Shown here in pieces: positions 26,896 through 35,825 of a stretch of 35,825 nt of DNA. The position numbers and the translations under genes were made by a program. Location: NCBI GenBank assembly GCA_036479435.1, contig JAZGFI010000217.1, positions 1 through 35,825 of the forward strand. Direction: 5' to 3'. Below the pieces are notes generated by a model. It saw only the letters and a list, made by a program, of their open reading frames with translations, made no database searches and was not told the origin of the DNA. This DNA is from Planctomycetota bacterium. Lineage in GTDB: Bacteria; Planctomycetota; GCA-002687715; DRQF01. Every line of letters starts with the position of its first letter. Position 1 is the stretch's first letter.

Positions 26896-29800
26896 ATGAG
26901 AATTCTTCAGGTTGTCCATGGCTGGTTTCCGCGCAATCGCGGCGGAACCGAGCGCTACGTCGCCTCTTTGGCGCGTGGACTCTTTGAAGATGGTCACGAG
27001 GTCGCGATCTTGGCGGGCAGTGAGCGCGACAGCGACCGCGGGGCGCTTGAACGCGAAGTTTGGGAGGGAATGCCTCTCTACCGCCTTCGACGCAGCGGCC
27101 TGTACCTTGAGTCTTGGTACCACAGCTACCATCCCGATTCGGAAGTCCTTTTTGCCGAACTCTTGGATGGCCTGAAGCCCGACGTCGTTCACATTCACCA
27201 CTGGCACCGACTGACCCGAAATCTCGTTGAGCTGTGTGCGGCCGCCGGCATCCCCAGCGTGGTCACACTCCACGACACCAGTTCTACTTGCCCCAAGTCA
27301 CTTCGCCTTCGAGACGGTGGTTTTTGTGAGCGTTCGGTTTCCCCGGAGAGCTGTGGTGACTGCGCCCAACGGTTTTTCTTTCAATCCGACGCGGAAATGG
27401 ATCAGGGACTGATTAGTTTTCAGGAAGATTTCGCTCAGGAGCTGCGGCTAACTAATTGCCTCATTGCGCCGTCGAAATCCTTGGCGGCCGTCGTGGCGGG
27501 TCAGTACCCCGGTGTCAAAAAAGACATCCGCGTTCTCGTCCACGGCGCACTGCCGGAGTCACTGCCGACGAAGGTATCACCCGCGAGGCCACGAGCGGCA
27601 AAGAACGCGAAGTTGCGGCTGGCGTACTGGGGTGAGTTGGCCGTGGCCAAGGGCTTGGCGCTCTTGCTCGATGCCTTAGAGAACGTCGGGAGAGATGTCG
27701 CGCTCGAAGTCGATCTGTGGGGTGACTTCGCCGCTGCGGAGAAACAACAGAGCGAATCGTGGCGGACGCGGACGGCGCGCATGGCGAAACGCGGTGGCGT
27801 TCAAGTCAACTGGCGGGGTCCCTTCGAGCCCAGCTCGCTCGGCGATGACTACGATCTGGCAGTTTTTCCTTCGATCGTTTGTGAGTCGCACTCCTTCACT
27901 GTAGACGAGGCGTTTGCCCGCGGCATTCCGATCTTGGTGCCGAATCGCGGTGGTCCTTCCGACCGCCTTCGCGGCGCAGGCGCGACTTTTCTCAGCGAGG
28001 ACGCCAAAGACTTGTCCCGGGTCATCAAGGGAATCCTGAAATCACCTGAGCTGCTGGACCGTTGGCGCCAAGCCGTGGTTCAACCCAAGTCGATGGACGC
28101 CAATCGCAAGGAGATTTTTGCCTTTTACCGCGACGCAATCGCAGAGGGTGCTCGCGGCGATCTCATTGACCCCCGGCTCGCGCGGGCACGGTCCCAGTTT
28201 CAGTTGCGGCGTCAATCGGCGCGGGACCTCGAACTCTATGAGCAGCGCGGACAAGACGGCGAGACGCAGCACAAGATTGTCGAACTGAAGCAAGAGTTGG
28301 TTCAGCGCGACGAGACTATCGTCCACAAGGACGGCGTTCTCGATGACTTCAACCGCGAGCTGAAACGGCTCTCAGAAGCGCTCGATCATCGCGATCGGGA
28401 GGCGAATCGCATGTTATCCGATCGGCAAGATCGCGTACGCGAAGTCGAGGATTTACTCGCCGATCGCGATGCCGCTATTGCGGGCCGCGACCGAGAGTTG
28501 CAGAGTTTCGCGAACTCCGTCAAAGACCTCGAACAAACTTTGGATGAACGGCGCCGCTCTTCGGAAGAAACTCGCGTTGAGCACGCTGCCGCGATGCAGG
28601 CACAAGAGTCGCGAGCGTCCATGAACGAGGCTGAGCTATCACGCCAGTTGCAGGAACTCGCCGATCGAAAACAGATGTTGTCCGACTTGCGCAGTCAGCT
28701 TGGAGATCGTGATCAGAAGCTCCAACAATGGAGTGTGCTCGCGCAATCTCGTGAAGCCGAAGTTCAAAACAAAGATGCTGAGATTTCGGCTGCGACTGCG
28801 ATTGTCGAGAAACTCGATCAAGTCGTCGCGGCAGCCCGCGCCGAGGCCAACACACAGCAAGAGGCGAAGGCCGTTTTGGCCGGGCGTATTGAGAAACTGG
28901 AACGCGTTCGCGACAACCTCGAATCCAGCCTTGAGGATAGATCAAGCCGCCTTTCGCATCTGCAAGCTCAGCTTGAACAGCTTAGCCGCGAGTCCGAAGA
29001 CGTTCGCGCCGAGATCCATCGGCTTGACAATACGGTATCCGAACGCCTCGGGCCCATCGTCGAGGAATTTATTGGGCGCACTCCAGACCATGTTCATGAG
29101 AAAGCTGAGCAGCACTTGGAGTGGGCCGTTGGGAATCACGCTCGGCTGCACGAACTCCTCGCTGAGCGCGATGCTCTCATTGATGCCCTCGCCCGCGAGA
29201 TCGAAAGCGTTGAGGAGCGCGATCGAAAAAGCAAATCAACTTCAAGGAGCCTTGGCCGCCGCGAGCGCTTGGGGCAGCGGCTGGGCGCATGGCGTCGAAA
29301 GTTGAAGCCGCGACCCGCCGATGGCAAGACCAGGCTCTTGGTCGTCGTCCACGATTTTTTGCCCCGGCACGCCGCGGGCACAGAGATCTACACTTTTAAG
29401 CTCCTCCAGGAGCTAAAGAGCGATCACGACGTTCACCTATTGTTCTGCGAGTCGCGCCCCGAGCTTCCGCGCTACACTGTTTCCGAGGGAATGTATGAGG
29501 GGCTGCCCTACACGGAAGTCGTACACAACTACCATTGGGAGAGCTTTGAAGAGACTTACCACAACCCGGAGATGGAAGAGATTTTCGAGCGCGTCTTAGA
29601 TCAATTCGATCCCGATATCGTCCACATTCAGCACCTTCAGTACTTTTCCTTTAACTTCATCCCGATCGCCAAGAATCGCGGGTTGCCGGTGGTCTACACC
29701 TTGCACGAATTCATGTTCTTGTGCGCGCGCGGCGGGCAGTTGCTGCGCGAAGACTATGAGATTTGCGAGCTGCCGGTGCCGGAAAAGTGCGCAGATTGTA

Positions 29801-30699
29801 TTCGTCACCAACCCTTGGCCGAAGACTACGGGACCGAGAACCGTCGGCGGCGTTTGGAGATTGCCGAGGGCAAGCTTCCGCAGGGTCTTCGCGAGGCTTT
29901 CTCCCGTTTCACGGGGCCTTTGGCCTCAGCGGATCTCGACGAGGATGGCCGAAAGACCTACGCCGAGGCGGCCCGACGCCGGTTGGAGTTCATCTCTGAG
30001 CGAGCGAAACTAGTCGACCTCTTCATTTCGCCCAGCGCCTTTTTACGCCAGAAGTTCATCGACTCTGGGATGATCAATCCCGAGAAGATCATTCACTCTG
30101 ACAACGGTTTTGATCTGACCCCCTTCGACGGCGTTGAGCGCGTCGAATCGGATATCCTCCGCTTTGGCTTTGTGGGCACCATTGCCGACTACAAGGGCGT
30201 CCATCTCATGATTGAGGCCTTCGAAGAGATCCCGGATGATGACGTGGAGCTTCAGATTTGGGGCGACATCGAGATTTTTAAAGAATACAAACAACGATTG
30301 CTCGCGACTACACGTGGCGACAACGTCCACTTGAAAGGGCGTTTCGAAAACGGCCGAATTGCCGAGGTCTTGGCGGGCATCGATGTTTTGATCGTGCCTT
30401 CGATCTGGTTCGAGAATTCCCCATTGACCATTCACGAAGCTTGGATGGCGGGCATCCCCGTCATCGCCTCGAATCGCGGCGGTATGGCTGAGCTCGTCGA
30501 TCATGAGGTCAACGGGCTCCATTTCAAACTCGGAGACGCGGCCGATCTCGCCCGGCAATGCCGGCGTTTGATTGACAACCCCGAGCTGATCGAGGAGTTC
30601 AAGCAGAACCTCGGCGAGGTCAAGGCCATTGCCGCCAACGCGATCGAGATTGGAGGCTACTACCGGGCCCTGCTGCAAGGCGGCGTCGTCACGAAATGA
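26896..30699 (+). CDS. GT4 - long coiled coil - GT4 tandem glycosyltransferase (1267 aa)
   Basis: N-terminal GT4 (HGWFPRNRGGTE..FPSIVCESHS), an E/Q/R/L-rich heptad region (~28180-29240) and a C-terminal GT4 (HDFLPRHAAGTE..VPSIWFENSPLTIHEA). Confidence 0.9.
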   Translation: MRILQVVHGWFPRNRGGTERYVASLARGLFEDGHEVAILAGSERDSDRGALEREVWEGMPLYRLRRSGLYLESWYHSYHPDSEVLFAELLDGLKPDVVHIHHWHRLTRNLVELCAAAGIPSVVTLHDTSSTCPKSLRLRDGGFCERSVSPESCGDCAQRFFFQSDAEMDQGLISFQEDFAQELRLTNCLIAPSKSLAAVVAGQYPGVKKDIRVLVHGALPESLPTKVSPARPRAAKNAKLRLAYWGELAVAKGLALLLDALENVGRDVALEVDLWGDFAAAEKQQSESWRTRTARMAKRGGVQVNWRGPFEPSSLGDDYDLAVFPSIVCESHSFTVDEAFARGIPILVPNRGGPSDRLRGAGATFLSEDAKDLSRVIKGILKSPELLDRWRQAVVQPKSMDANRKEIFAFYRDAIAEGARGDLIDPRLARARSQFQLRRQSARDLELYEQRGQDGETQHKIVELKQELVQRDETIVHKDGVLDDFNRELKRLSEALDHRDREANRMLSDRQDRVREVEDLLADRDAAIAGRDRELQSFANSVKDLEQTLDERRRSSEETRVEHAAAMQAQESRASMNEAELSRQLQELADRKQMLSDLRSQLGDRDQKLQQWSVLAQSREAEVQNKDAEISAATAIVEKLDQVVAAARAEANTQQEAKAVLAGRIEKLERVRDNLESSLEDRSSRLSHLQAQLEQLSRESEDVRAEIHRLDNTVSERLGPIVEEFIGRTPDHVHEKAEQHLEWAVGNHARLHELLAERDALIDALAREIESVEERDRKSKSTSRSLGRRERLGQRLGAWRRKLKPRPADGKTRLLVVVHDFLPRHAAGTEIYTFKLLQELKSDHDVHLLFCESRPELPRYTVSEGMYEGLPYTEVVHNYHWESFEETYHNPEMEEIFERVLDQFDPDIVHIQHLQYFSFNFIPIAKNRGLPVVYTLHEFMFLCARGGQLLREDYEICELPVPEKCADCIRHQPLAEDYGTENRRRRLEIAEGKLPQGLREAFSRFTGPLASADLDEDGRKTYAEAARRRLEFISERAKLVDLFISPSAFLRQKFIDSGMINPEKIIHSDNGFDLTPFDGVERVESDILRFGFVGTIADYKGVHLMIEAFEEIPDDDVELQIWGDIEIFKEYKQRLLATTRGDNVHLKGRFENGRIAEVLAGIDVLIVPSIWFENSPLTIHEAWMAGIPVIASNRGGMAELVDHEVNGLHFKLGDAADLARQCRRLIDNPELIEEFKQNLGEVKAIAANAIEIGGYYRALLQGGVVTK

Positions 30700-33017
30700 A
30701 GATCCTCTACGTTACCTCGGCTTTTCCCCCGGAGAGTTTCGGTGGCACTGAACTGCACGCGTTTTACTTGGCGCGCGAGATCAGCAAGACACACGAAGTG
30801 GCGATCTTTAGCCGAGTCGGTGATCTGGATCGACCGGACTACGAGCTTAGTCGCGGTGAGTACGCAGGCCTGCCGCTCTATACTCTCAACTACAACTTCT
30901 CGGATGCCAGTAGTTTCGAGTGGATCTACAAGAATGCTCGTATCGATGCCGCCTTCGCGGAGTTGATGAACGAGTTTCAACCCGACCTGGTTCACGTCCA
31001 CCATTTGACTTGTCTTTCGACGGGTATGATCGATCAGGTGAAGGACCAAGATCGCGCCTTGTGCATGACGCTGCACGATTTTTGGATGGTCTGTCCGCGC
31101 GGTCAGCGCATCGATCCCGAACTGAGTATCTGTGAGGTCATCGACCGCAAGAAATGCGAGTCTTGCCTCGCGCGACTTTGGCCGCATCACTTTCCGGGTG
31201 TTTCCACTGCGCTTAAGACCACTGCGGGCTTTAGCTCCCTGATCGACGAACCCGCGCCGCCGCAGCTAGCCGCCTGGGATTCGCACATCGCGAGGGTCCT
31301 CAATCGCTGTGACTTGTTGTTGACGCCGACCGAGTTCCATCGCAGCAAGATGCTCGAGTTTCCGCTGGACCCCGATCGGGTCGAGGCTTTGCCGCATGGG
31401 CTAGACTGCGACCTCTTGAGTGCACACAAAGACCCCGAGCACGCGCCGACACGGATCGGGTTCATTGGCAGCGTGATCCCTTCAAAGGGTGTTCACCTCA
31501 TCGTCGAAGCGATGAACCGCCTCAATCGTTCCGAACTGAGTCTGGATATCTACGGCGCCGCACCGCCTTTTCACGGAGACACCGAGTACTTACAGCGCAT
31601 GGAGTCTTCGGTGAAGGATGGAGTGCGCGTGGAGTTTCACGGCCCCTACCAGCAGGGCGAGTTGCCGCTCATCCTGAAGGGGATCGATATCTTGGTCGTG
31701 CCGTCTTTGTGGTGGGAGTCTTTTTGTCTGACGATCCGCGAAGGTTTACTCGCCGGTTGTGCGGTGGTTGCGGCCAACCACGGTCCCATGGCCGAAGCCC
31801 TGGATTTCGGCGAGACGGGTTTGCTTTTTGAGCCCGGTAATTCTGACGACCTCAGGCGACAGCTCGAAAGGTTGCTCGACGAACCGGGACTCTACCGAGG
31901 GCACATCAACCGCGGGGCCGTCGTGAAAACGATTGCTCAAAACGCTCGCGAGATGAACGAGGTCTACCGCCGCACCTTGGCTGCGGCCGGCAAAGACCCG
32001 AATCTCGCCCATCCGGGCGAGCTGCACCCCGATGTTGTGGCTGAAGAAGAGCACGAAGGCCCGCGCGTAACGGTGTTCATTCCCACCTACAACGGGGGCG
32101 CGCTGTTTGAGACCGTGCTCGAGAAGATCTTTGAGCAGAAGACCGATTTTGAGTTCGAGGTGCTCGCGATTGACTCAGGCTCTAAGGACCAGACTCTGAA
32201 GACCCTTGCCAAGTTTCCCGTCCGCGTGATTCAGATCCCCAACTCCGAGTTCAATCACGGCCTGACTCGCAATCGCGGCGTGCGTGAAGCCAAAGGTGAG
32301 ATCGTTGCTCTTTTGACTCAGGATGCTGTGCCCTACAACAACCGTTGGCTGCAGAACCTCGTTTCCAACTTCGACGACCCCGAAGTCGCGGGCGCCTATT
32401 GCCACCAGTTGCCGCGGGACAACTGCAATCCCTTTCAGCGCGACCGACTCGAAGGCTGGACATTCGGCGAGGGTAGGCGGAAGGTAAAGAGCATTTCTAG
32501 TCGTGCTGCCTACGAGGCGATGTCGCCCTGGGAGAAGTATCAGGTCATCGCTTTTGACGACGTCGCGAGCTGCGTGCGAAAGTCTGTCATGCAGCAGCTG
32601 CCTTTCGAGAAACGACAGTTTGGAGAAGACGTGGCTTGGGCGCGCCAGGCGACTTTTGCGGGCTGGAAGACGGTGATGGACCCCTCCGCCGTGGTCGTTC
32701 ACAGTCACAACAATCCGATCTGGTACGAGTTTAAGCGAGTCTACCTTGACCACCAAAACCTGAATGACCTCGTGGGGATGCACCTCATCACGCGCCTAAG
32801 CGATGCGATTCGCTTCACCTTTAGTGGGACCAAACACCTCGGTGGCGTTATCCGTCGCAGCAAGATAACGACACTCGAGAAGCTGAAGTGGTGGATCAAG
32901 ACACCCTTTTACTCCTTAGGACAAAACATGGGTCAGTACCTCGGGGCGAGGAGCAACATCGAAAAGCGGCGCGGGGTTTGGGGGCTTATCGACCGATGGC
33001 TCAAAAAGGGCGTTTGA
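30696..33017 (+). CDS. GT4-GT2 fusion glycosyltransferase
   Basis: N-terminal GT4 (SAFPPESFGGTE..VPSLWWESF) and C-terminal GT2 (VFIPTYNG, IDSGSKD, FNHGLTRN, LTQDA, FGED, HSH) of the rhamnosyltransferase-like type. Confidence 0.9.
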   Translation: MKILYVTSAFPPESFGGTELHAFYLAREISKTHEVAIFSRVGDLDRPDYELSRGEYAGLPLYTLNYNFSDASSFEWIYKNARIDAAFAELMNEFQPDLVHVHHLTCLSTGMIDQVKDQDRALCMTLHDFWMVCPRGQRIDPELSICEVIDRKKCESCLARLWPHHFPGVSTALKTTAGFSSLIDEPAPPQLAAWDSHIARVLNRCDLLLTPTEFHRSKMLEFPLDPDRVEALPHGLDCDLLSAHKDPEHAPTRIGFIGSVIPSKGVHLIVEAMNRLNRSELSLDIYGAAPPFHGDTEYLQRMESSVKDGVRVEFHGPYQQGELPLILKGIDILVVPSLWWESFCLTIREGLLAGCAVVAANHGPMAEALDFGETGLLFEPGNSDDLRRQLERLLDEPGLYRGHINRGAVVKTIAQNAREMNEVYRRTLAAAGKDPNLAHPGELHPDVVAEEEHEGPRVTVFIPTYNGGALFETVLEKIFEQKTDFEFEVLAIDSGSKDQTLKTLAKFPVRVIQIPNSEFNHGLTRNRGVREAKGEIVALLTQDAVPYNNRWLQNLVSNFDDPEVAGAYCHQLPRDNCNPFQRDRLEGWTFGEGRRKVKSISSRAAYEAMSPWEKYQVIAFDDVASCVRKSVMQQLPFEKRQFGEDVAWARQATFAGWKTVMDPSAVVVHSHNNPIWYEFKRVYLDHQNLNDLVGMHLITRLSDAIRFTFSGTKHLGGVIRRSKITTLEKLKWWIKTPFYSLGQNMGQYLGARSNIEKRRGVWGLIDRWLKKGV

Positions 33018-35164
33018 TGAATCGAATCCGGGTCATCTTGTTGTTTGCCGCAGCCTTCGCGACCCTTCCGATCTTGTTCGCGCAGTCGTCGCCTGCCTTA
33101 CCTGAAGACGCGCGCATCGTGGTCATTGGCGTAGACGGCTTGGATCATGGAACGCTTCAAACCCTGATGAAACTCGGTCAGCTCCCTGCGTTCGAAGCGC
33201 TCTCCAGCGAGGGAACTTGCGCCAAGCTCGCGACCACAGAACCTGCGCAGTCTCCGGTGTCCTGGTCCTCCTTAATTACTGGCCTCAATCCCGACCGCAC
33301 CGGCATTGACGGTTTTTTGCGCCGGCGTTTTCGCAACGGTGAAGTCGAAGTTGAGTTGTCTTTGGCGAATCGCGATCGAAACCTCGAGGGTTTCGCATCA
33401 CGGTCCTTTAGGCGCTGGACCTTGGGTTTTCCGATGATCTTGTTGTTGGTGGGGGGCCTTTGGCAGTGGCGCCGCCGCCGTCGTTTCTCTGGAGGGCTGG
33501 CGCTGCTGATCGCCGCGGTTCTTGCGATGACGGTCTATTACTCAGAGACGGCGCTGCCCGATGGCATCCCGCGAGCCGAGAACGCACGGCAAGGAGATGC
33601 CTACTGGGATCTCTTGGACGAGCTGGGAGTTTCGACGGCCACCGTGCTTGCGCCCTGTAGTTTTCCCGTGCGCAGTCTTGAGAACGGTCGACTGGTCGCG
33701 GGCTTTGGCGTCCCGGATGTTCGAGGGACTCCAGGTTTTTGGACGCTCTATCGCAACGACGTCGCCAAGCCGTCTTTTACGGAGACCGGCGGGCGCATCC
33801 GGCCGCTTTTCTTCAGCGATCCGAGTTTCAGCTCGGGACCCTTCCAAGACACGGTCATCGAGGGGCCACCGGATATCGTCATCGACGATGGCAGCGCTAG
33901 CTTGGCCACCTTGCAATTCAAACTGCGAACCGATCCAAGCCAATTGACCGCTCGTTGCGCCGAGAGCGACGCAGAAGTCTCGCTCAACCGCGGGCAGTGG
34001 TCGGCGCCGCTGGCATTGACCTTTAGGATGAGTTCGCTCGTCGCCCTGCGCGGCTTCGTGCGCCTCAAGTGGATGTCAACGCTAGGTCAGGAAAGCGACG
34101 AGAAGATCGTCGTCTACGCCGATCCCGTCTTTTTCGACGTCGATGCGATGCCGCCGGGAGTTCCGATCTCAACTCCCGCGGATTACGCGAGCCAGCTAAA
34201 AAAGGCCGTGGGCATTTGGGAAACGACGGGTTGGGCGGTGGCGACCAATGCTCTGAAAGATCGCATGATCGATACGGCGACCTTCATGGAGGACGCGCAT
34301 CGAGTTTGGGACGATCAAGAATCTCTCGCTGTTTTTGAGTTGGCGCAGCGGTCCGCGCGTGTCGTCACAACGATCTTCACCGTTCCCGATCGAGTGCAGC
34401 ACATGATGGCGGGGCGCGCTGAAGAGGGGCAGATCGCCGAAGAAGTAGCCGATGCCTACCGCCGCATCGATGCCTTTATCGCCAGAGTCAAAAAAGACTT
34501 CAGCAAACCCGGCGATGTCTTGCTGGTCGTTTCCGACCACGGATTTGCGCCCTGGCGCCGTGCCGTCAACCTGAATCGGCTTTTGAAAGACGCGGGTTTG
34601 TTGGTGCTGAAGCGAAAAAGCAAAGTCCGGAACCTTCACGACAACCTGCAAACTGGCGTCGCTTTTGACGAGGTCGATTGGTCTAAAACCAAGGCTTACT
34701 CTTTGGGACTCGGCAAGATCTACCTCAACCTTCGCGGTCGCGAGCCACAGGGGATTGTGGAACCATCCGATACCGAGCTTGAGTTACGAAGGATAGAAGA
34801 GCTGTTGAGCAACCTTCGCGACGGCGCTCAGCCGGTGGTGGCGACGATGTCTCGAGGCGCAGAAATCTATCCCGCAGGGGCGATTCCTCACGGCCCCGCC
34901 GACATCTACGTCGGCTTCCACCGCGGCTACCGCGTTTCCTGGCAGACCTGCTTAGGCGGGGCCGACGAACCCGTCATCTTCGACAACGACTCTCCCTGGA
35001 GTGCCGACCACTGCGGCGTCTCGCCGTCTTTGGTGCCCGGTGTCATTGCCAGCAACCTCAAACTCAAGTCCGAAGCCAAAGTCACGGACCTAGTTCCAAC
35101 CTTGCTAGCGATCTTGCGACAACCACTCCCCATCTCCTTCAACGGCACGTCCCTCCTCAAGTAG
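33017..35164 (+). CDS. alkaline phosphatase superfamily protein (nucleotide pyrophosphatase/phosphodiesterase type), membrane-anchored
   Basis: Start at ATG 33017 (TGATG overlap). VIGVDG, QSPVSWSSLITG, DRVQH, VSDHGF, ADH and DLVPTLL motifs. Confidence 0.88.
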   Translation: MNRIRVILLFAAAFATLPILFAQSSPALPEDARIVVIGVDGLDHGTLQTLMKLGQLPAFEALSSEGTCAKLATTEPAQSPVSWSSLITGLNPDRTGIDGFLRRRFRNGEVEVELSLANRDRNLEGFASRSFRRWTLGFPMILLLVGGLWQWRRRRRFSGGLALLIAAVLAMTVYYSETALPDGIPRAENARQGDAYWDLLDELGVSTATVLAPCSFPVRSLENGRLVAGFGVPDVRGTPGFWTLYRNDVAKPSFTETGGRIRPLFFSDPSFSSGPFQDTVIEGPPDIVIDDGSASLATLQFKLRTDPSQLTARCAESDAEVSLNRGQWSAPLALTFRMSSLVALRGFVRLKWMSTLGQESDEKIVVYADPVFFDVDAMPPGVPISTPADYASQLKKAVGIWETTGWAVATNALKDRMIDTATFMEDAHRVWDDQESLAVFELAQRSARVVTTIFTVPDRVQHMMAGRAEEGQIAEEVADAYRRIDAFIARVKKDFSKPGDVLLVVSDHGFAPWRRAVNLNRLLKDAGLLVLKRKSKVRNLHDNLQTGVAFDEVDWSKTKAYSLGLGKIYLNLRGREPQGIVEPSDTELELRRIEELLSNLRDGAQPVVATMSRGAEIYPAGAIPHGPADIYVGFHRGYRVSWQTCLGGADEPVIFDNDSPWSADHCGVSPSLVPGVIASNLKLKSEAKVTDLVPTLLAILRQPLPISFNGTSLLK

Positions 35165-35389
35165 GCACCCACCCAACCCTTGCGGTCGCCAGAGGACAAA
35201 GGAGCGACAGTCGCCGTCGTTTCTTCACAGATGAGGGCATTGGTCGTGGCGACGGACTGGAGCCAAGGCCAGGAATAGCGTGCTGGACGGCTTCGTACTT
35301 GACACTGATGGGCCGAAGTTGGAAGGTTGGTGTTTGCGACTTCCCTTTTGCACCCGATCTCACCAAGTATATTTGGAGCTGACATCATC

Positions 35390-35728
35390 ATGTATCGACT
35401 GTTCTGTTTCCTAACGCCTTTCTTGGTTCTCGCGAATCTGTCGAATGCTCAAAGTGTTGTGGCCGTTCCCATCTCGACCGCCTTTAACTCGCCAATCGGT
35501 ATCGACTACCACGAGCCGACCAATTCGCTGATCACATCGGTCAATTTCTCGGGTGGCATACCTCACAATTTGGAACGAGTCGAATTGGATGGAACCCGAG
35601 TTCCCTTCTCCTCTTTGTCTGGATTGACGAATGAGCTGAAGATCGCGACCGTGCGATCGCTGGGCAACATCGGTGGATTCGTTGTCGGCGATGTGTTTAC
35701 CCCCCGGTGTCAGAATAGTTGTCCCTGA
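35390..35728 (+). pseudogene. N-terminal part of a secreted (probably beta-propeller) protein, apparently truncated near 35700
   Basis: SD GGAG, signal peptide MYRLFCFLTPFLVLANLSNA and propeller-like FNSPIGIDYH. The sequence turns abruptly to PRCQNSCP* exactly where palindromic non-coding DNA begins. Confidence 0.5.
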
Positions 35729-35825
35729 TCTAAGGTCGGTGGGCCCCGGTGAAGAGCGAAGCTCTTTGCAGGGCTCTTCCTTCGCCGCCGTAGGCGGCTT
35801 CCCCCATGGGGGAACGATGCTTGAT
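35700..35825. mobile_element. possible end of an IS/MITE/REP-like element
   Basis: Stacked palindromes AAGAGC-gaa-GCTCTT (35752-35766), GCCGCC-gta-GGCGGC (35784-35798) and TTCCCCCATGGGGGAA (35799-35814); CCCCGGTG occurs twice (35702, 35744). No transposase in the window. Confidence 0.4.

Overview
This is a bacterial window of roughly 55-60% GC by eye. The gene content (carboxypeptidase-regulatory-like repeat protein, many orphan lipoproteins) suggests Planctomycetota, but that is inference. The left ~13 kb is an accessory patchwork: a higBA toxin-antitoxin pair with its operator, an orphan GT2, a lipoprotein, a DUF4172-Fic-wHTH gene with palindromic upstream boxes, a YhcG/DUF1016 nuclease, a secreted beta-sandwich repeat protein and an AAA_14-DUF4143 ATPase. 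It ends in a ~4.3 kb islet (8.7-13.0 kb) with three tandem paralogous ~113-aa 'MFEAQ' proteins, a 70-aa distant relative, a Gly-rich protein with an 8-Cys cluster and a SecD-P1-like lipoprotein. The islet has two nested boundaries: a duplicated 3' end of the neighbouring membrane-protein gene, and the two halves of a ~160-bp non-coding element that occurs unsplit at 5117-5274. The right ~22 kb is a surface-glycan/glycolipid locus: a divergent GT-C-like membrane protein, a B12/radical-SAM-like protein lacking CxxxCxxC, two PIG-L deacetylases, GT2 and GT4 enzymes (including a GT4-coiled-coil-GT4 and a GT4-GT2 fusion), an MscK-like channel and an alkaline-phosphatase-superfamily enzyme. The window ends in a secreted-protein gene apparently cut by a hairpin-rich element. 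No rRNA, tRNA, CRISPR array, integrase or transposase was recognised. All family calls come from motif recognition by eye, and all identities are hand counts.
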